A stretch of DNA of 64,000 nucleotides from Candidatus Binatia bacterium (GTDB lineage: Bacteria > Desulfobacterota > Binatia > UBA9968 > JAJDTQ01): the NCBI GenBank assembly GCA_963666515.2, contig OY762897.2, positions 3,584,001 through 3,648,000 of the forward strand, written 5' to 3'. The stretch's first letter is position 1, and every line of letters begins with the position of its first letter. The notes beneath the pieces are model-generated. The model did not search any database. It was not told the origin of the DNA and saw nothing but the letters and a program-made list of their open reading frames with translations. This document shows positions 56,807 to 64,000 of this stretch, piece by piece. The translations under genes were made by a program, and so were the position numbers.

Positions 56807-57563
56807 CCTGATATGCCTCCAGCAGTAATTCGCCTGTCTCCCGCTTCTGGCTGTCCGCCAGCAGCCCGAACGGCTTTTGGGCTGCAGCACCGAATCCGAA
56901 CAGCGACCGCTCGCCACCTACATCGTACCACCGTGTGCAAATGTCGTATGGCCGGGAACGAAGGTCGCCGTCGGCTGTCCGCTTGAAAGCGTGGATTACA
57001 TGCCAAGCGGTCACCGGCGTGAACTCGATGCGGTTGAGGTGAACCTTCGCCACCGACAGCGCCACGATCTGCGGTCGCAACCCCTCCAGCAGCATGTGCC
57101 AGAGCGGGCCGCCGTCGGCCTCGAGAACCGCGCGGTCCGCCTCTTTGAGTCCGCTCCACGTCGGGTTCGTGGCGACGGGCGAGCAGATGTCCGTGTGGAG
57201 TGCCGTTGATGCGCTGCTCTCATAGTAGCTCACCCCCAGCCCGTTGAGCAGCGGCTCAAAGGCGCTGAACCAACCCCGGTACGGATCGGTCCGAAAATAG
57301 GCAGACATCGCGTCGAGGTAGCAGGATAGCTCCTGATCATGATTGCTTTCTGCCAGTGGAAAGCGCCTGAACGGCTCGCTAGCGGGAAACTCATGCAACG
57401 ACGGGTTCAGTCCGACGGTCAGCACGCGTAGCGGCGAGGCGCGGTACGCGTCGAGGTCGCCGAAGAACAGAATCGGCACGGCTGGTGTGACGCACCACGG
57501 TTGTTCGGCGGCGCGGTTGAATGCCCGCCAAGCCAGCCCCGCCGGCTTGGAGAGAAGGCGCAT
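56796..57563 (-). CDS. Uracil-DNA-glycosylase-fold-like protein (Brig1-like motif)
   Basis: PILFFGDL....PLRVLTVGLNPS, HTDICSP.AT.P.W, LLEGLRPQIV; GGGAG RBS. Confidence 0.6.
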   Translation of the reverse strand: MRLLSKPAGLAWRAFNRAAEQPWCVTPAVPILFFGDLDAYRASPLRVLTVGLNPSLHEFPASEPFRRFPLAESNHDQELSCYLDAMSAYFRTDPYRGWFSAFEPLLNGLGVSYYESSASTALHTDICSPVATNPTWSGLKEADRAVLEADGGPLWHMLLEGLRPQIVALSVAKVHLNRIEFTPVTAWHVIHAFKRTADGDLRSRPYDICTRWYDVGGERSLFGFGAAAQKPFGLLADSQKRETGELLLEAYQDGQ

Positions 57564-57690
57564 CTCTACTCCCTTCCGTCGTTCAGAGATAGGTCTCGCT
57601 CATGAGGCCACCCCTCGACGCTTGCGAGTAGGCCTCGGCGTGGATTAAACAGGGAAGCAAGTCATCGTTACCGGACGATACAGCGAGCAG

Positions 57691-57936
57691 GTGCGGAAGG
57701 AAATGCGTAGGAGCAGACGACCGTGGGGAGAGGAATCCGACCGCGCGACGCGCGTGGCTCGCGTCATTGCGTTGGCGGAGAGAACTTTCGCAAACCGGGA
57801 AAAGGCCGAGCGTTGGCTGCACAAGGACCTCGCTTCGTTGGATCACCGTCGGCCCATCGACCTGATCCAAACGACATACGGAACACGTCTCGTCGAAGAC
57901 ATCCTGGCGAAGATTGCCTGGGGCGCGGCTGCCTGA
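57691..57936 (+). pseudogene. Xre/MbcA/ParS antitoxin C-terminal (DUF2384-like) fragment without a RES toxin
   Basis: ESDR..RVARV.ALAE.TF...EKA.RWL......L....PIDL..T..G...VE..L..I..G pattern; N-terminal HTH missing. Confidence 0.7.
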
Positions 57937-57953
57937 CGCGACTTTGCGCCTCG

Positions 57954-58739
57954 TCATGCCGAAACACGACTGAGAATCTTGCGCTCAAGATCGCCCGTGG
58001 ATTCGAGCGAAGAAACCATTTCCCCGCCCACGTCTGACAGCCGTGCAAGATCCAGCCGCGGAATCTCCGCCTGATCTTCAAAAACCAGTATGGACTCGAA
58101 CTGGAGATGGTGCCGATGGAAGTGTGACAGTATGATCGTGGTAAGCCGGGCCTTGTCTCGGTTCGGAATACCGTAGAGGAACAACGGCCGTTCGTACTGC
58201 CCATCTATCCTGTAGTCCACGGGGTAGGCCTCGGAATTCGGTAGCCCTTCCGGCAGATAGTCGGCTTGTATCTTGTCCTCGTCGATCACGCTCTTCAGAA
58301 AGTCGGAGAGGTCGTCGTAGAAGGTCGACTTGACACGCGATCGGGAAAGGAACGTTAAATCGTGGATTCTCGTCAATGCTTGGCCGAAGCGAAAGATAGC
58401 CTCTGGCAGATGCTCGATGGGAACATCCACATGGAATACGCCGCCGTCCTGTTTGATTCCAGTCTCGCCGACGATGCGCTCCAACAGCTCTCCCCGCGCA
58501 CCTTCAAGAAACGAGTCGATGTCGTGATCGTAGCTAAGGTGCGTGAGAGTATGGCCGCTATCCGACAGGCGTATCCCCCCCGTACCGGCTTCCGAAACAT
58601 GGATGGGGAAGCGGTCACCGTCGGGAAACTCGAAGTGCGTACGCAACATCAGCGCCCCGTCGGGCCGTTCCGTTAGCTGAACGTCCTCGCACAGCCGTTC
58701 GCACAACAACTGCTGCAGCGCACTTGCATTGACAGGCAT
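57954..58739 (-). CDS. DUF1828-domain protein with a probable nuclease-like (DUF1829-like) C-terminal domain
   Basis: THFEFPDGD.F.I, IRLSDSGHTL..L, F.QAL..I.DL, STFYDD, YPVDYRI; TGATG overlap with the upstream gene. Confidence 0.75.
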   Translation of the reverse strand: MPVNASALQQLLCERLCEDVQLTERPDGALMLRTHFEFPDGDRFPIHVSEAGTGGIRLSDSGHTLTHLSYDHDIDSFLEGARGELLERIVGETGIKQDGGVFHVDVPIEHLPEAIFRFGQALTRIHDLTFLSRSRVKSTFYDDLSDFLKSVIDEDKIQADYLPEGLPNSEAYPVDYRIDGQYERPLFLYGIPNRDKARLTTIILSHFHRHHLQFESILVFEDQAEIPRLDLARLSDVGGEMVSSLESTGDLERKILSRVSA

Positions 58740-59212
58740 CACAGTAACCTCGGCTGATCGTGGACAGCGTTAAGTCCAACGACGTTGAAATCGTCGATCA
58801 AGCAGGCTAAAGCGCCCTCCAGAGTTCTGTAGCGTTGCGTTTCTTCGGCCTCCCGTTCCGGCCTCATCCCGGCTGCTATTGCTCTTTCCGTCGCCCGGTG
58901 AACGTGGGTTCGATAGACTATGTCGCCGTGTTCGTGCGCCGGGCCGTTGTAGCGGGCCAACGTGAGCCTGGAGCCGTCCAGGGCGACGTAAACTATTCCA
59001 CAGGAGAAGTCTGAAAGATCCAACAAGCTCTCGCGTTGGTAGATCTCGAATCGAAATTCCTCACCGCCCTCGCCTACGGCCTTGAATGATCGTTGCTTGT
59101 GAACAGGCGCTACGGTCGGCTTTTCCAGCCACCGCGAGTTTGAATTGGATACCCGTTTTTGCATCGAACGAAGATGCGCCAATTCTTCGTCCGTATACAG
59201 CCGTTGAACCAC
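58739..59212 (-). CDS. Hypothetical His-motif protein (DUF6978-like), partner of the DUF1828 gene
   Basis: GTG start 59212; FEIYQR, FSCGI, LARYNGPAHEH..THVH, L..LIDDFNV. Confidence 0.65.
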   Translation of the reverse strand: MVQRLYTDEELAHLRSMQKRVSNSNSRWLEKPTVAPVHKQRSFKAVGEGGEEFRFEIYQRESLLDLSDFSCGIVYVALDGSRLTLARYNGPAHEHGDIVYRTHVHRATERAIAAGMRPEREAEETQRYRTLEGALACLIDDFNVVGLNAVHDQPRLL

Positions 59213-59225
59213 GCCTTGAACCGCC

Positions 59226-60335
<1,110 letters not shown>

Positions 60336-60341
60336 GGGTTC

Positions 60342-61082
60342 CTAACTTAACACGGCTTCCACCATCTCGGCGACCACCGAACGTGCCGCCTCCGCCGGAT
60401 TATCCGCGCCGGTGATGGGCCTGCCCACGACGATGTAGTCGATGCCGGCGCGGACCGCGTCTCCGGGGGTCATGACGCGCTTCTGGTCGCCGGCCTGCTG
60501 GCCCGCGGGCCGGATGCCCGGTGTGACCAGCATGAAGGAATCGCCGCAGGCGCGCCGGATGTCCGTAACTTCCTGCGCGGAGCAGACCACGCCCGCCAAG
60601 CCGGCCTCCTGGGTCATCCTGGCCAACCGCACGACCTGGGCGGCCACGCCGCCTCCGATTCCCAGTGCTTCGAGGTCCGCGTCATCGAGGCTCGTAAGGA
60701 CCGTGACGCCGAGCACCGACGGCCGCCGCAGGCCCTCCTTCGCGCACACGTCCTCGACCGCGGCCGCGGTCTGCCGCATCATCTCCGGGCCGCCGGAGGC
60801 ATGCACGTTGAACAGCTTGACCCCGAGCCGCGTCGCTTCCACCGCCGCTGCGGCCACGGTGTTGGAAATGTCGTGGTACTTGAGGTCGAGGAAGACCTCG
60901 CCGCCGAGATCGTGGATGGTGCGGACGATGTCCGGCCCGGCGCTCGTGAAGAGTTGCTTGCCGACCTTGAACATGCCGACTTCCGGCGCCAGCAGGGTCG
61001 CGAGGGTCTTCGCCCTTGCCGGGTCGGCCAGATCCAGGGCCACGATCAGGCGTTGCCTGACATTGGACGCCGTGGCCGTCAT
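60342..61082 (-). CDS. pyrF: Orotidine-5'-phosphate decarboxylase
   Basis: IVALD, FLDLKYHDI.NT, VTVLTS, VTPGIR, DQKR, VVGRPI. Confidence 0.97.
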   Translation of the reverse strand: MTATASNVRQRLIVALDLADPARAKTLATLLAPEVGMFKVGKQLFTSAGPDIVRTIHDLGGEVFLDLKYHDISNTVAAAAVEATRLGVKLFNVHASGGPEMMRQTAAAVEDVCAKEGLRRPSVLGVTVLTSLDDADLEALGIGGGVAAQVVRLARMTQEAGLAGVVCSAQEVTDIRRACGDSFMLVTPGIRPAGQQAGDQKRVMTPGDAVRAGIDYIVVGRPITGADNPAEAARSVVAEMVEAVLS

Positions 61083-62800
61083 GTCCGTCCATTCTCCAAT
61101 GCCGCGCCGATGCGCTCCACGGCCTCGTCAACGGGGACATCGGTGTTCTTTCCTTCCCCACGCCAGCGCAACTCCACGTTGCCCTTGGCCAGACCCTTGG
61201 CGCCGATGGTGACCCGCAACGGGACGCCCACCAGGTCGGCGTCCTTGAACTTGACGCCGGGCCGTTCGTCTCGGTCGTCCAGCAACACCTCGTGCCCGGC
61301 TTCGTTGAGCCCCTGGTAGATGCGGTCGGTGACTTCCCGGACCGCGTCTTCCTTGTCGTAGTTGAGGGGCAACAACTCCACGGAGAAAGGCGCGATGGAC
61401 ATGGGCCAGATGATGCCGTCGGAGTCGTTGTTCTGTTCGATGGCCGCGGCCATGAGCCGGGTGACGCCGATGCCGTAGCAGCCCATCTCCATGACGCGCT
61501 CGTGCCCCTCGGAGTCGAGGATGGTGGCGCCCATGGCCTCGCTGTACTTCCGCCCGAGGTAGAACACGTGGCCCACCTCGATGCCGCGGTACTCCTCGAT
61601 GACGCCCTCGTCGCAGCGGACACACGGGTCACCGGCTCTGACCAGGCGCAGATCCTCGAAGCGTGCTGGCGTGAAGTCCCTCTCCTGGTCCACGTGGATG
61701 GTATGGGCGTCGGCCTGGTTGGCGCCGGTGACGGCATCGGTCATGCCCCGGACGGCGTGGTCCGCCCACACCTCCAGCGGCAGGCTCAAGGGGCCCAGGA
61801 AGCCCGGCGGCACGCCCACCGCCTCCAGCACCTCCTCGTCGTCCGCCAGCTCCATCGCGATGGTGTCCAGCAGGTTGCCCAGCTTGGTCTCGTTGACCTC
61901 GTGGTCGCCGCGCACCAGCACCGCCAGCAGGCCCCCTGCCGGCTTGCGGTAGATCATGGTCTTGATGAACCGTTCCGGCGGCGCCTTCAGGAACTCGGAC
62001 ACCTCCGGCACCGTCCTGAGCCCGGGCGTGGGCACGGTCTCCGGCGCGGCGCCGTCCGCGCCGCCGCTCCCGGCCTCCGGCAGCCGCGACTCGGCCTTCT
62101 GCACGTTGGCGGCGTAGTCGCACGCGCTGCACGCCGCCAGCGCGTCCTCGCCCGATTCCGCCAGCACCTGGAACTCGTGCGACAGGCTGCCGCCGATGGC
62201 GCCGGAGTCGGCCTCCACCGCGCGGAACTCCAGGCCGCAGCGGGTGAAGATGCGCCGGTAGGTGTCGTACATGTTGCGGTACTCGCGCTCGGCGTCGTCG
62301 CGGTCCAGGTGAAAGCTGTAGGCGTCCTTCATGATGAACTCGCGCCCGCGCATCAGGCCGAAGCGCGGCCGAACCTCGTCACGGAACTTGGTCTGGATCT
62401 GGTAGAGGTTCATGGGCAGTTCGCGGTAGGAGCGGACGTCCCGGCGCACCAGGTCGGTGATCACCTCCTCGTGGGTGGGGGCAAGGCAGAAGTCCCGCTC
62501 GTGGCGGTCCTTGAAGCGCAGCAGCTCCTTGCCGTAGATCTCCCATCGGCCGCTGTCCCGCCACAGCTCCGCCGGCGAGGTGACCGGCATCAGCAACTCC
62601 TGGGCGCCGGCGCGGTTCATCTCCTCGCGCACGATGGCCTCGATCTTGCGGAGAGTGCGCAGCGCCAGCGGCAGGAAGTCGTACACCCCGCGGCTCACCT
62701 GCCGGATCATGCCGGCGCGGACCAGCAGCCGGTGGCTGGTCACCTCCGCGTCCGACGGCTCTTCCTTGATGGTGGGTATGAACGAGGTTCGCCAGCGCAT
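61079..62800 (-). CDS. proS: Proline--tRNA ligase (bacterial type with editing insert)
   Basis: SHRLLVRAGMI, LAPTHEE, KFRDEVRPRFGLMRGREF.MKDAYSF, GIEVGHVF, MGCYGIG; start ATG 62800. Confidence 0.97.
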   Translation of the reverse strand: MRWRTSFIPTIKEEPSDAEVTSHRLLVRAGMIRQVSRGVYDFLPLALRTLRKIEAIVREEMNRAGAQELLMPVTSPAELWRDSGRWEIYGKELLRFKDRHERDFCLAPTHEEVITDLVRRDVRSYRELPMNLYQIQTKFRDEVRPRFGLMRGREFIMKDAYSFHLDRDDAEREYRNMYDTYRRIFTRCGLEFRAVEADSGAIGGSLSHEFQVLAESGEDALAACSACDYAANVQKAESRLPEAGSGGADGAAPETVPTPGLRTVPEVSEFLKAPPERFIKTMIYRKPAGGLLAVLVRGDHEVNETKLGNLLDTIAMELADDEEVLEAVGVPPGFLGPLSLPLEVWADHAVRGMTDAVTGANQADAHTIHVDQERDFTPARFEDLRLVRAGDPCVRCDEGVIEEYRGIEVGHVFYLGRKYSEAMGATILDSEGHERVMEMGCYGIGVTRLMAAAIEQNNDSDGIIWPMSIAPFSVELLPLNYDKEDAVREVTDRIYQGLNEAGHEVLLDDRDERPGVKFKDADLVGVPLRVTIGAKGLAKGNVELRWRGEGKNTDVPVDEAVERIGAALENGRT

Positions 62801-62832
62801 GCGATCACTTATAGGAAGCGCCTCGAACCCTG

Positions 62833-64000
62833 TCAAATTCCGGCTTCTTCCGGGGCGGGGACGCCTTCGGGCGTCGCCGTTCGGGGGCGCAGCCATCTCC
62901 GGGCGATGGCCTTGGCGTCGTCGAGCATGGCGTAGAGGCAGGGCGTGAGGATCAGCGTCAGGATGGTGGCGAAGGAGAGCCCCCAGACCACCGAGATGGC
63001 CATGGGCGAGAGGAACTTGGCCTGGCCGGTGGCGAAGAAGGCCAGCGGCACGAGGCCGCCGACGGTGGTGACGGTGGTCAGCATGACCGGCCTCAGGCGC
63101 ACGACGCCGGACTGGATGATGGAGTCGTACGCCGAGGCGCCGTTTCTCCGGCTGCGGTTGATGAAGTCCACCAGGATGAGGGAATCGTTGACCACGACTC
63201 CGGCGAGGGCGATGAAGCCCAGGATGGACATGAAGCTCAGGTTCTCGCCCATGACGAGATGGCCGATCACGACGCCGCCCAGGGCGAAGGGGATCGCGGC
63301 CATGACGATGAACGGTTGAATGAACGATTTGAAGAGGGAGCCCAGCACGAAGTAGATGACGAACAGCGTGATCAGCGAGATCTGCGGCAGGGCGGCCAGC
63401 GACTCCTCCATCTCCTGCCGTTCGCCCTTGACCACCACCCGCTGCCCGGGATAGCGCCGGCCGGCGTCGGCAAAATGGCGCTTCAAGGCGTTCGTGGCCT
63501 CCACCACGGTGGTCTTCCCGGTCTCCACCTCGGCGAAGACGCTCAGCGTCCGCTTGCGGTCATCCCGGTTGATCTGGCTCGCGCTGATGCCGGTGCGGAG
63601 GTCGGCGACGTCGCGCAGGAAGACCCGCTCGCCGGAGGGCAGCGTGAGCTTCATCCGAGACACGGCGTCGACGCGGCTGCGCCGGTCCCGGGGGAACCGG
63701 ACGACGATGGGGACGTCCTCGTCTCCGCGCTGGATGCTCGAGGCTTCGACCCCCTGGAAGCCCTGCTGCACCTGGCGCGCGATGGACCTCAGATCGAGAC
63801 CCAGCGTGCGGCCTTCCGGCTTGAGGCTGATGCGAAGCTCCTCCTTGCCCGCCACCAGGTCGTCGCGGATGTCCCGTATCCCCGGCAGGGTCGCCAGGAA
63901 GCCCTTGACCTCCTCGGTCAGACGCCTGAGGCTTTCCAGGTCCTCGCCGATGACCCGCGCCTCGATGTCCGGCCCGCCGGGCCCGGCCTGGAGACCGAGG
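62833..64000 (-). CDS. Efflux RND transporter permease subunit (3' part; continues beyond the window)
   Basis: GVVVNDSLILVD, RLRPVMLTTVTT, PMAISVVWGL; frame open to the window end. Confidence 0.93.
   Translation of the reverse strand, partial: LGLQAGPGGPDIEARVIGEDLESLRRLTEEVKGFLATLPGIRDIRDDLVAGKEELRISLKPEGRTLGLDLRSIARQVQQGFQGVEASSIQRGDEDVPIVVRFPRDRRSRVDAVSRMKLTLPSGERVFLRDVADLRTGISASQINRDDRKRTLSVFAEVETGKTTVVEATNALKRHFADAGRRYPGQRVVVKGERQEMEESLAALPQISLITLFVIYFVLGSLFKSFIQPFIVMAAIPFALGGVVIGHLVMGENLSFMSILGFIALAGVVVNDSLILVDFINRSRRNGASAYDSIIQSGVVRLRPVMLTTVTTVGGLVPLAFFATGQAKFLSPMAISVVWGLSFATILTLILTPCLYAMLDDAKAIARRWLRPRTATPEGVPAPEEAGI

Noticed and set aside
55552-59225. Prophage, ICE or IS as the carrier of the islet
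   Set aside because: No integrase, transposase, phage genes, tRNA target or flanking direct repeats were recognised

Overview
High-GC bacterial chromosomal segment. The gene repertoire suggests a deltaproteobacterial/Binatia-like organism, but this is inference only. No rRNA, tRNA, CRISPR array, integrase or transposase was recognised. Core blocks: tmk-holB-metG-tatD-aroE, groES-groEL, a complex-I-like nuoA-C-D-H-I-J-K-L-M-N operon lacking nuoB and nuoEFG, and RND-proS-pyrF-ribB(X). Accessory metabolism: a TbpB-like surface lipoprotein next to a probable Slam-type gene; a Na+-translocating decarboxylase module without an alpha subunit; a long minus-strand aromatic/heteroaromatic catabolic cluster (ALDH, aryl-CoA ligase, class II aldolase, PhtD-like protein, Mo-hydroxylase MSL, di-iron protein, crotonase); a TTT transporter with MmgE/PrpD and hydrolases; pilD with minor pilins; and a reductive-dehalogenase/QueG-family protein. 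Several small, visibly less GC-biased cassettes look defence-related: PHP-ABC ATPase (Ppl/TrlF-like) + AlbA_2 protein, a TIR relic, a Fic protein, and a 55.6-59.2 kb islet. The best candidate for an undescribed system is in that islet: an overlapping two-gene pair of a UDG-fold (Brig1-like motif) glycosylase candidate and an Nmad/PUA-like putative modified-base reader (55889-57563). It sits beside a His-motif protein + DUF1828 pair. A REP-like repeat family occurs at five sites; two copies are translated inside genes (TatD N-terminus, 2Fe-2S subunit C-terminus). All family calls come from motif recognition by eye, not from database searches.
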